A stretch of DNA of 27,264 nucleotides from Candidatus Krumholzibacteriales bacterium (GTDB taxonomy: Bacteria > Krumholzibacteriota > Krumholzibacteriia > Krumholzibacteriales > WJIX01): positions 1 to 27,264 of the forward strand of contig JAWODM010000057.1 in NCBI GenBank assembly GCA_046483305.1, in the 5' to 3' direction. Within the stretch, counting starts at the first letter, position 1; each line of letters begins with the position of its first letter. The notes below the pieces were generated by a model. That model had not been told where the DNA came from. It did no database searches and saw only the letters and a list, made by a program, of their open reading frames with translations. The translations under genes were made by a program, and so were the position numbers. Below, piece by piece: positions 19,408-27,264 of the stretch.

Positions 19408-22104
19408 TCACTTCCGGCACACCCGAAACCCGGTATAATCAGCCGGGGGGCGCTGATACGGCGCCCCGGCGTCCGGATTGGAAACCGCCGAAAGCCCGAA
19501 AGCGGCGCTTCCTCCATCCGGAGCGCTCACCCACTCGGCCACATTGCCGGCAAGGTCGTAATATCCGCCGGTTGCCGGGCTGAAAGATCCCGCCTCGGCA
19601 AGAAGAGCTCCCTTCCGGCCCATGGCCGTTATTTTCTCCAGCAGCGCCCGCTCTTCGTCAGGGGTGGGGGTATACCCGGCCCAGTAGGCCAGGGTATTCT
19701 CATTCTCCGGCTTCGGGCCGGCCTTCTCCATCAGTTTTTTCATCTGTTCTTCAGAGGGAAGAGAGTACCTGTCTCCGGTTTTTTCGCTCAGCCATTCGCA
19801 GTACTCCCTGGCCTCCCTGCAGGATATGCCGGAGACGGGGTAATTTCCGGTTCCCTCAGCGAAGGTATAATCATGGTCGAATTCCCTGAACTGAGCCCTG
19901 GTAACCTCGAACCTGCCGAAGGCAAGCTCCCCCTGCGGCAGCGTTTCCGGGATTAATACACCGTCTTGCTCGATTCCGAGCAGATGGCCGGTCCTGGCTG
20001 CCTCCAGTCTGCTGAGCTTGAGAGAAAGGGGAGAGCGGGGAGAGAGAACTTCATTGGTGTCTGCCGGAGTTTCGAGAAGGTACCTGTCCAGCCAGGCCAG
20101 TTCCTCTTTCATTTTCCTTCGCTGGTGGGAGAGTTTGTCCGGGCCGTGGCCCGCTCCGGGGAACAGTATGAATCTGGCCGGCGCCTTGCCGATCTGCTGC
20201 ATGGCCCTGAAGTGCTGCCATCCCTGCTCGGTGGGAACCGCCGTGTCCCTGCTTCCGAACATGATAAGAGTGGGGGTTTCCAGCTCGTCCATTCTGAACA
20301 GGGGGGATTTGCTGATATATGTTTCGGCAAGTTCCCAGGGAGGCCCTCCGAAGTAGGCGTTGTCGAATCCGGCCCCGAATCTGCAGTTGCCGTAGTCGCT
20401 GGTCCAGTTTACGTCTCCGGCACCGGCGCAGAGGGATTTAAAGAGGTCTGACTCCAGACAGCAGGCGATGGCCAGGATAGAGCCGTTGCTCCAGCCCATC
20501 ACCCCGATCCGGCCGCTGTCGGCCATTCCCCTGTCTATCAGGGTTTCCACTCCGCCGAGAATGTCGGGGACCTCGTATTCGTAATAATGCCCCTTTATCG
20601 ATTCTATCCACTCCAGGCCGTAGTTGCCGCTTCCGTGGTAGTTGACCTTCAGTACCATGACGCTCTTCCCGGCCAGCGTATGAGGGTAGTTTGACCACCT
20701 CTCGCTGAAGAAATCCATATCATACCCGGAGGGGCCTCCGTGAAGAGAGACCACCAGAGGGTATCTGGAGCCATCCCTGTAACCCCTGGGATAGTATAAT
20801 ATTCCCTCCACCTCCTGATCCAGGGCCCCGGTCCAGCTGATAACCTCCGATCTGGCCAGGAATTTATTCCGGTAATCTTTATTCAGTGTGTACAGAGTGT
20901 CCCGGGGGTGCAGCTTCCCGCCCCTGAGCACCCCGTGCCTGATCGAAGGAACGGTGGAGCCGTCGGCAACCAGGTAAATAATATCCCGGCCCCTCCCGCA
21001 CTGAATGGAGAACGGCATCCCGCTCTCCGATTCAAGGCGGTACTCGGTAATATCGCATCCTTCTGTCCTGGCGAAGATATTCCCGTATCTGGTACCCGCG
21101 GCCAGCCCGGCCGCCAGCCCGCCCTCGACGGGGAAGAAATCTCCTCCCAGGCCGTTGAGGTCGCTTATTCCGGCCTTTGATATCCTCTTATCCTCGACCG
21201 AGTAACGGTAGAGCCTGCGAATAGACACGTAGGTGTCCGTGGAGTCGCTGGATATGTTCCTGACGCAGTAGAACTGACCGGGGCCGTTCCATTTGTACCG
21301 GTAGGGATTAAGGAACGGTTCGGTAAAGATTTCTTCGGGGCTCGCCGCCGCTTCGGACTCATCCTCAGGTATCGCCAGCAGGTACTGGCGGGGATGATTT
21401 CTGTGGTCGTAACCGTAATCTATATCTATATTGAGGTTGTATACCACCAGCTTTCCGTCCGGGGAGGGGGAGAATTCAACTATCTGCCCGCTGTTTTCGG
21501 TAAGCCTTCCGGCCTTCCCGGCGCCGGGGTCAAGAACGAACAGCCTGACCGGGGGATAGTGTTCCTGATCGGCGACGATCACGGTGTCATCCTTCTTCTT
21601 TTTCAGGGACCTTTCTCTGTAAGTGCTGTCCTCTCTGGCCGAATAGATGATCTTTCCGCCCTTAAGCCATTTGAAATCTCTGACTCCGTTCTGAACGGAT
21701 GTCAGTTTTTCTGAGTCCCCTCCCGCCATTCTGTAGCGGTATATCTGGCTCTTCCCCTTTTCCGTCTTTCTTATGAAACAGATAGCCGACCCGTCGGGGG
21801 AAAATCTGGGGGTGTACGAATCCGACCCGGATGCTGAAAGGGTGAATTCCTGCCCGCCTGAAAGGGATTTAACCACGATCTTCCTTACCCTCCGGTTCGA
21901 CTTGCTGTCCGCCTCCGACTTAACCCATGCCACCCAGCGCCCGCCGGGCGAGATATCGAATTCGGATACAGTTTCCCTGTTTATGACATCGTCGATCTGC
22001 AGGGAGGGCTTATCCTGGTCCTGCCCGGACAGGGCTGCCGCCGGAATAAGAAGCAGAGCGGCTGCGATTATAATTATATTGTTGACTGCCGGTTTTATAA
22101 ACAT
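19408..22104 (-). CDS. Secreted S9 (prolyl oligopeptidase/acylaminoacyl peptidase) serine peptidase fused to a C-terminal FGE-sulfatase (SUMF1-like) domain
   Basis: Signal peptide, PD40-like propeller repeats (SPGG, FSPDG, SPDGK), LHGGP, GWSNG (Ser), SRDTAVP (Asp) and GAGHG (His). Then FEVTRAQF, YPVSGIS, YCEWLS, LPSE, YDLAGNVAEW and GFRVCR. Confidence 0.92.
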   Translation of the reverse strand: MFIKPAVNNIIIIAAALLLIPAAALSGQDQDKPSLQIDDVINRETVSEFDISPGGRWVAWVKSEADSKSNRRVRKIVVKSLSGGQEFTLSASGSDSYTPRFSPDGSAICFIRKTEKGKSQIYRYRMAGGDSEKLTSVQNGVRDFKWLKGGKIIYSAREDSTYRERSLKKKKDDTVIVADQEHYPPVRLFVLDPGAGKAGRLTENSGQIVEFSPSPDGKLVVYNLNIDIDYGYDHRNHPRQYLLAIPEDESEAAASPEEIFTEPFLNPYRYKWNGPGQFYCVRNISSDSTDTYVSIRRLYRYSVEDKRISKAGISDLNGLGGDFFPVEGGLAAGLAAGTRYGNIFARTEGCDITEYRLESESGMPFSIQCGRGRDIIYLVADGSTVPSIRHGVLRGGKLHPRDTLYTLNKDYRNKFLARSEVISWTGALDQEVEGILYYPRGYRDGSRYPLVVSLHGGPSGYDMDFFSERWSNYPHTLAGKSVMVLKVNYHGSGNYGLEWIESIKGHYYEYEVPDILGGVETLIDRGMADSGRIGVMGWSNGSILAIACCLESDLFKSLCAGAGDVNWTSDYGNCRFGAGFDNAYFGGPPWELAETYISKSPLFRMDELETPTLIMFGSRDTAVPTEQGWQHFRAMQQIGKAPARFILFPGAGHGPDKLSHQRRKMKEELAWLDRYLLETPADTNEVLSPRSPLSLKLSRLEAARTGHLLGIEQDGVLIPETLPQGELAFGRFEVTRAQFREFDHDYTFAEGTGNYPVSGISCREAREYCEWLSEKTGDRYSLPSEEQMKKLMEKAGPKPENENTLAYWAGYTPTPDEERALLEKITAMGRKGALLAEAGSFSPATGGYYDLAGNVAEWVSAPDGGSAAFGLSAVSNPDAGAPYQRPPADYTGFRVCRK

Positions 22105-22150
22105 GGCTTCGCCCCCTGATGGAATAAAACCTGTACTTCAATGGCGAACG

Positions 22151-22172
22151 GAAAGGGCTTCGGCCCTCTTTT
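22151..22172. terminator. Short hairpin with c(UUCG)g loop, possible weak terminator
   Basis: agggc-ttcg-gccct flanked by gaa and cttt, immediately after the zinc-ribbon stop. Confidence 0.4.
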
Positions 22173-22381
22173 CAGTTCGTAAAGAAATCAAAGATATTGC
22201 CGAGCATTCTGCTGTCGGCCTTGAAAAATTCAGTATATTTGCATCTGCTGCAGGTTACCGAGGTGAACTTCAGGTTCTGAACGTCGAAAATCTTGCTGAG
22301 GACACCCCCGGTGGCCCGTATCTCCCCGGTCTCGTAATTATTGTTTCCGCACTTGGGACAATGATAATCCAGGTTCTCCAT
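22172..22381 (-). CDS. Small zinc-ribbon protein (DUF2082-like), 69 aa
   Basis: MENLDYHCPKCGN...TGGVLSKIFDVQN..F..VTCSRCKYTEFF with two CxxC. ATG 22381 has SD GGAGG (22390-22386). Confidence 0.88.
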   Translation of the reverse strand: MENLDYHCPKCGNNNYETGEIRATGGVLSKIFDVQNLKFTSVTCSRCKYTEFFKADSRMLGNIFDFFTN

Positions 22382-22547
22382 GTTGCCTCCTTTGCCTTGC
22401 CCGATTGTAAATAGGCGGCATCCCTGTTGCAACAGAATTCTGGCATATTGAAAACAATTTAAAGTTTTTATAAATAGTATTTGTTTTTAAACTAAAATCA
22501 TTATATATTTATAAAGAGTTTAGAGCAATGGTTGAAGGAGGGAAGTT

Positions 22548-23069
22548 TTGAAGAGAGTTCAGGCAGCAGCTTTTGCCATAATGATACTGTTCACTTCGCA
22601 CTTAACGGCCCGGGCGGGCGTCCGGCCGATGTTCCGGCACGGGAAGGGTCACACGGGCCGCGTCCCATACTCCGGGCCGGCCTCGCCGGCCGTTAAGGGC
22701 GAAGCAGGTAAATCGATAGAAGGAGAGACAGAAGTAAATACAGGCACAACATATATTATTGAAGTGGTGGCGCGGAATTACCGCGAGAGAGCACAAACAA
22801 TCCAGATCGCATTTGCAACAGGCATCATGAGAGCGCAGATGTGCGGTAACACAGGTACCGCAACAACCCTCGAAGGTTTTTTCCTTACGGGGCCGGGTTT
22901 GACCCCTGGACGGTGGGGCCGGAGGCCGGAGTGGTTTACAACAAACATTCAGAGGCGATTCTGGAGGGAGACGCCAACATCTGAAACAAAGACAGCACAG
23001 CAAACATCAGACGGGATGTCCGCGCCACCACAGATACCGGGCGGGGCTCTGAAGGCCCGTGAAACATGA
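22548..23069 (+). CDS. Hypothetical protein with signal-peptide-like N-terminus, possibly degraded
   Basis: SD AAGGAGG before TTG, MKRVQAAAFAIMILFTSHLTARA-like leader, and a downstream hairpin. No recognisable domain. Confidence 0.4.
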   Translation: MKRVQAAAFAIMILFTSHLTARAGVRPMFRHGKGHTGRVPYSGPASPAVKGEAGKSIEGETEVNTGTTYIIEVVARNYRERAQTIQIAFATGIMRAQMCGNTGTATTLEGFFLTGPGLTPGRWGRRPEWFTTNIQRRFWRETPTSETKTAQQTSDGMSAPPQIPGGALKARET

Positions 23070-23097
23070 TCTGACCGGCACATTACGCCATCAGACA

Positions 23098-23147
23098 GAA
23101 AGACCCGGAGGGAAGGTTCGTGTAAGCTTCCCCCGGGCCTTTCCTTT
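23098..23147 (+). terminator. Probable terminator hairpin after the 22548 ORF
   Basis: gaaagacccggagggaag ... cttcccccgggcctttc imperfect inverted repeat followed by cttt. Confidence 0.55.
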
Positions 23148-23250
23148 AAGAACCCGGTTGAAGGTTTCATCAGAGACTGCCACCGCACAGTTCCTCCGAA
23201 AAACGATATATGGCTTTCGTCACGAACACCCGTGCAGGCGGCAGCCTCTG

Positions 23251-23286
23251 AATAACCGAAGGGGCGTGGAAGTTCCGCCCGTTCGG
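23251..23286 (-). terminator. Possible terminator hairpin after the 23293 gene
   Basis: Minus strand ccgaacgggcg ... cgccccttcgg followed by ttatt, 7 nt after the stop. Confidence 0.45.
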
Positions 23287-23292
23287 AAATAA

Positions 23293-24030
23293 TTATTTAT
23301 CCGGCCGTTCCTGTTTCCTGTATATCGATTTTACGGCGCCCCACGACGAATCATCGGTGTCTGTCTCGCAGCTGATATGGCAGGTGATGCAGCAGGCATC
23401 AAACAGCTCCCCTTCGCTCCCGTATCCGCCGGTCTGATCCGCCGAGCATATAAAGGGCGGGTAATTCGCCGGCATGGGATCCCCGGAGTCGCTTGCCCAG
23501 ACGCGCATCGCGCTTACTATGGAATAGTCTATGGCGCACGAGGGATAGTCGTCGAAGGAGCCGGTAAAGTAAACGTTGGAGGCGATACTTGCCACCTGCC
23601 AGTTCTGAATGCTCATGGTAGAGGTTACCCGGTAATAGGAGATGGTGCCGTAATAATCCTCGTCTCCCCAGATGTGAATTCCCGAGAGCCAGAACTTTCC
23701 TCCGTCGTAGTGAGTGATATACTCCCTGTATCCGTTTCCGTTTTCGTCTATAAACTCGTCATTGAGGACTGCTCCGTTCTGGTCAATTACCATCCCCCAG
23801 ACTCTCCACTGGGTCTGCAGGGTTGACCCGTCCCAGGACATGGTGTTTTCCATATTCCCGGGATATCCGGCCTGGTGTTCGGGATAGGAGCACCAGCTTT
23901 CTGATACTCTCCCCGGCAGTAGCGTTCCGTCTGATGTCTGATAGGTTCCGTCTACAGGCTGGCCCGCATGCGCTGCGGAAAATGCGAACAGGACAATACT
24001 TACAAGGACTACTTTAATTACGGTATTCAT
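23293..24030 (-). CDS. Secreted hypothetical protein, Trp/Tyr/Cys-rich, with C-terminal SWGxVKSxYR tail
   Basis: Signal peptide MNTVIKVVLVSIVLFAFSAAHA and SD GGAGGGG. It ends CETDTDDSSWGAVKSIYRKQERPDK. Confidence 0.8.
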   Translation of the reverse strand: MNTVIKVVLVSIVLFAFSAAHAGQPVDGTYQTSDGTLLPGRVSESWCSYPEHQAGYPGNMENTMSWDGSTLQTQWRVWGMVIDQNGAVLNDEFIDENGNGYREYITHYDGGKFWLSGIHIWGDEDYYGTISYYRVTSTMSIQNWQVASIASNVYFTGSFDDYPSCAIDYSIVSAMRVWASDSGDPMPANYPPFICSADQTGGYGSEGELFDACCITCHISCETDTDDSSWGAVKSIYRKQERPDK

Positions 24031-24312
24031 ATTCCCCTCCGTTTTTAATAATTTGGCAGTTGGTTTCTGGAAAATTATCCGGTTTAAAAGGTAAACTTAT
24101 GGCGGCATTTCCGGATTCCTCCTTCCGAAATTCACATTATACGCGACCCTTGCCAGCGAGATGCCTCCCGTATACTGCGCTTTTTAGGTTATTTCCAATG
24201 ATGTGTCCACGAAGGCTGCATTTCGATTATATAGGTATTATACACTATAATAAAATATCATTCAATACCTTTTTACGGGCTTTTACGGATTTATATCGGA
24301 TTCATTCTTTTT

Positions 24313-25557
24313 TCACTTTAGCTGTTTCAGCCCCAGCCTTCCCGCCAGCTCCCTTACTCCCCCCGCGGCGCAGATAATCAGCAGGCTGTCCAGGGGGAGC
24401 CTCAGCCGAACCTTGGAGATGAACAAAGCGTGGACAACTGTGTAACCGATGAATATCAGAATGATCAGGCGGACCTCCGGGCTTACCCTGACCCTCGCCA
24501 GAAGAAAAAAGAGGCCGAAGATAAGCGCCGCGCCGTAGGGCGCGGCGGAGGCCGCTTTCTCCCACAGCTTGAGCTCTCTGGTCATGGGAGAGGGATAGAA
24601 CCGCCAGAAATTCAGCGCTTTCGATATTACGAGTGAGGCGAACCTTCCGGGGTCTTCTCTTACATGCTCCAGCCCCCTGCGCAGGAACGCACGGTCCAGT
24701 TCGGCCTCTCCGCGGTGGGCCCTTCTTATCGAAAGCTCCTCCTCCCGCTGGCCGGGGAGTTTTCTGTTACCGGTATCCGCTTTCACCCCCGGGTAGCTGC
24801 CCAGCCAGAAGTTGTATCCGCTGTTGGTGGAGAGGGGGCGGAAGCTCCCAAGTGCCCGGTAGTTACGGATACCCCACAGCCCTGTAATTACCAGAACAGG
24901 AATCATGAAAACCGCCGCCTGCTTCAGCCTCAGCCGGAGCTGCGGCCCGCCTCCACTGTCATCGCCTCCCTGCCTTTCCGCCGCCAGCCAGACTGCCGCC
25001 AGGAACATGGCGGGGAGGAAAGAGCCCTTGGTCAGGGCCATTAACCCCGCAAGCGCGCCCGCGGCGGAAAGCTTCCCGATCGAGTTTTCGCGCCTTCCAT
25101 CTATTATCAGAAGGAAAACGGCGCACAGAAAGAAGGTGAGCAGAACAGCGGGGTAGTATGTTCCGGCCGCGTATATATGCAGGGGGTAGACAGCGGCCAG
25201 CGCGGCCGCCAGCAGCCCGCTTCTTCCGCCGGATATTTTTTTGCCGGCCAGGTATACCAGCAGGACTGTTACAGCGCCCAGGATTGACTGAACGATCCTC
25301 ACCGCGGTGGAGTTTCTCCCGCAGAGAAGGAGCAGGACCGGGTAGCCGGGAGGGCGGTAGGCGGAGGGGTTGCCCCATTGGTTCAGGTAGGCGTGATCTC
25401 TCTGCAGGCTGGCCGCGAAGCTGTCGTATTCCAGGCCGTCCTTCCAGTGGATCCCCTCCGGGACGGTAAGAACAGCAGCCAGCCGTATGGCTAGAGCCAG
25501 TAGAAAGATGACGATCAGCCAGCGGTGACGGCTGGCCTTCTCTCTGAGGTCAGTCAT
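24313..25557 (-). CDS. GT-C fold membrane glycosyltransferase (PMT_2 / GT39 / ArnT-like)
   Basis: LALAIRL in TM1, then D..EYD..A, AYRPPGYP, RIVQSILG, WGIRNY, GYNFWLG and RLRLPLD, with many TM helices. It overlaps the upstream gene by ATGA. Confidence 0.85.
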   Translation of the reverse strand: MTDLREKASRHRWLIVIFLLALAIRLAAVLTVPEGIHWKDGLEYDSFAASLQRDHAYLNQWGNPSAYRPPGYPVLLLLCGRNSTAVRIVQSILGAVTVLLVYLAGKKISGGRSGLLAAALAAVYPLHIYAAGTYYPAVLLTFFLCAVFLLIIDGRRENSIGKLSAAGALAGLMALTKGSFLPAMFLAAVWLAAERQGGDDSGGGPQLRLRLKQAAVFMIPVLVITGLWGIRNYRALGSFRPLSTNSGYNFWLGSYPGVKADTGNRKLPGQREEELSIRRAHRGEAELDRAFLRRGLEHVREDPGRFASLVISKALNFWRFYPSPMTRELKLWEKAASAAPYGAALIFGLFFLLARVRVSPEVRLIILIFIGYTVVHALFISKVRLRLPLDSLLIICAAGGVRELAGRLGLKQLK

Positions 25558-27116
25558 TTCTCTCTCCCGGTTCGGTATAGGAACACCCTGACCTTGTTGA
25601 ATTCAAATTCTTCCACCTTCTTGAACTTCGCTGCGAAACCCTCCGGGATCCTGCCCCGCGGATCGCGGTACCACCCGAAGTTGCTCAACAGCCATATCCT
25701 GTCGTACCTCTCCGCAAGCCGGTTTGTTCTCTTCCGGAAAGCCTCGCTTCCCGGCAGGGGCCAGAAACCGGTCATATCCGCCGGGCCCCGGTAATAGAAT
25801 TCTACCGGTTCGGCAATGGAGTAAACTGCCAGCACGTCCGACTCCCGGCTTCTTTCGTTTATCATCTCCACCGCGGAACGGACATCAGGTTTCCAGTACC
25901 GGGGATCGGTATAATGGTTGTGAAGCGAGCAGAAGGTCAGCAGCGCGATGGACCCCGCCAGCAGCCAGCGCAGTTTTCTTCCGGTGGCGGTTATCCCGGC
26001 CGCAATCACTATGAGATAAGCCGGGAAGCTCACAGAGGCGTACCTGGGCTGAAACACCTTGAGGTTGAGAATCGCCAGTACGGACACAAATATCAGGGGA
26101 AGCACCAGCCAGAAAGCGAACAGGATTATTCTCTTCCTGTTGCCGATCCAGCTCCGCAGCCCGTTGATGAAAAGTATGGCGTAAGTTACCAGGGCGGCGG
26201 CCAGGCAGGGAAGGTACGGTTTGAACAGCTCCAGGGAGAGCGCCCGGTGCATCTGGTCGGATGGCGGGGCAAAGGTCTCGCCCAGACTGAACACCAGGTA
26301 GGTATAGGGAATACCCAGCGGATGGAAATTTATCTTTCTCAGGGGGTCTCCGTATCTGATATGCCGGATGCTCCATCCGATTTCAAAACCGGTAATCCAG
26401 GGCAGCAGGATCAGGAATATCACCGCCAGTACAATAACTATTCTCAATGCCGCTTTCGGTTTTACTGCCAGCGCGTACAGCAACTGGACCGCGAAAAGGA
26501 ACAGGGCCGCCAGATTGCAGAGAAGTGCCGCCGCCGACGCTGCCAGGAATCCCGCCCATTCTCCTATTCTTTCTCTTCCGGCGAGCGATCCGGTTTCTTC
26601 TCTTTCCATTATCCGCAGGAAAATCAGCATGGAGAGGATGGCGAACAGGTGCAGGAAGACATAATTGCGGACCTCCTGGGAATACCAGATATGAAATGGC
26701 GATACCGCCAGCAGTATAATCGCCCACAGCCCCCCTCTTCGTCCCGTTATTTTCCTGGCCAGCAGGTAGAAAAGCCATATGGTAACCAGGCCGGCAATGG
26801 CGGAAAGGGTTCTGGTCCAGGCCTCTCCCCAGCCTCCGATTTTCCCCCAGCCCAGCAGCAGGGAAAAATGTAGAGGGCCGTGATAATTTGTTATGATGTT
26901 GTCAAGGATAGTGCCCGCGTGGCCGTTAACCTGCCAGATCGACTGGACTTCATCCGCCCAGTAACTCTGCTGCCCTATCCTGAAAAAACGAAGAAATGCG
27001 GCAGGTACCATAACCGCCAGTATTCTGAACAGCTCCGTCCTGCTCAGCGAAAAGAGATTCTGTGCTCTTTTCACGGGCGCTATCACTGGGGCATCAACTC
27101 CATAAAGAAGAATCAA
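25554..27116 (-). CDS. GT-C fold membrane glycosyltransferase (PMT_2 / GT39-like)
   Basis: LRFFRIGQQSYWADE (DE motif after TM1), HGPLHF, WTRTLS, SPFHIWYSQEVRNY, PRY and KPDVR, with a periplasmic C-terminal domain. The start is uncertain (TTG 27116, or GTG 27086/27074). Confidence 0.88.
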   Translation of the reverse strand: MILLYGVDAPVIAPVKRAQNLFSLSRTELFRILAVMVPAAFLRFFRIGQQSYWADEVQSIWQVNGHAGTILDNIITNYHGPLHFSLLLGWGKIGGWGEAWTRTLSAIAGLVTIWLFYLLARKITGRRGGLWAIILLAVSPFHIWYSQEVRNYVFLHLFAILSMLIFLRIMEREETGSLAGRERIGEWAGFLAASAAALLCNLAALFLFAVQLLYALAVKPKAALRIVIVLAVIFLILLPWITGFEIGWSIRHIRYGDPLRKINFHPLGIPYTYLVFSLGETFAPPSDQMHRALSLELFKPYLPCLAAALVTYAILFINGLRSWIGNRKRIILFAFWLVLPLIFVSVLAILNLKVFQPRYASVSFPAYLIVIAAGITATGRKLRWLLAGSIALLTFCSLHNHYTDPRYWKPDVRSAVEMINERSRESDVLAVYSIAEPVEFYYRGPADMTGFWPLPGSEAFRKRTNRLAERYDRIWLLSNFGWYRDPRGRIPEGFAAKFKKVEEFEFNKVRVFLYRTGREK

Positions 27117-27264
27117 GGGGTATATGCTAAATGGTACAAGCTAATGGATTTTTTCATATAATACCCCTGAATGTCAATGCAAAAGAGGGCGTTGGAGTAT
27201 CCCCAATTTTTATAATCTATCAGGTAGTTTAATTATTCGTTTGGTTTGCGGCTGAGTGATTAAT

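Noticed and set aside
21773..22414. 213-aa + strand ORF spanning the peptidase start and zinc-ribbon gene
   Set aside because: It is antisense to two well-supported genes and has no recognisable motif.
25914..26873. 319-aa + strand ORF
   Set aside because: Antisense shadow of the GT-C gene, with Gln/Gly/Arg-rich composition typical of reverse-read hydrophobic codons.
27113..27177. Imperfect inverted repeat (ggggtat / atacccc) and minus-strand TTGACA upstream of the GT-C genes
   Set aside because: The arms are short and no -10 lies at proper spacing, so there is insufficient support.

Overview
This is a GC-rich bacterial chromosomal window, probably from a diderm. The C-terminal SWGxVKSx(F/Y)R tails suggest a Krumholzibacteriota/Latescibacterota-like lineage, which is an inference. 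In order it contains: the 3' end of a Pro/Thr-rich ORF; an AAA_14/DUF4143 ATPase preceded by a duplicated 50-bp palindromic element; an arsR-arsP-arsE-arsF-arsG-like arsenic locus plus an arsC that can apparently start only at an ATC codon; a lipoprotein; a divergent polysaccharide deacetylase with pdxJ; ald; a secreted hypothetical protein; ligA; a DUF4912 + GH57 + GH57 alpha-glucan operon; a 16-aa-repeat surface protein; an S9 peptidase fused to an FGE/SUMF1 domain; a small zinc-ribbon protein; a second secreted protein; and two tandem GT-C (PMT_2/GT39-like) glycosyltransferases. I saw no tRNA, rRNA, transposase or CRISPR array. Three signals stand out. (1) Two unrelated signal-peptide proteins share a C-terminal motif, a candidate uncharacterised sorting signal. 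(2) Four helically phased TGAC-N9-GTCA boxes lie in front of the ATPase-nuclease gene. (3) arsC has an ATC start behind a perfect Shine-Dalgarno. All family assignments come from motif recognition by eye, with no database search.
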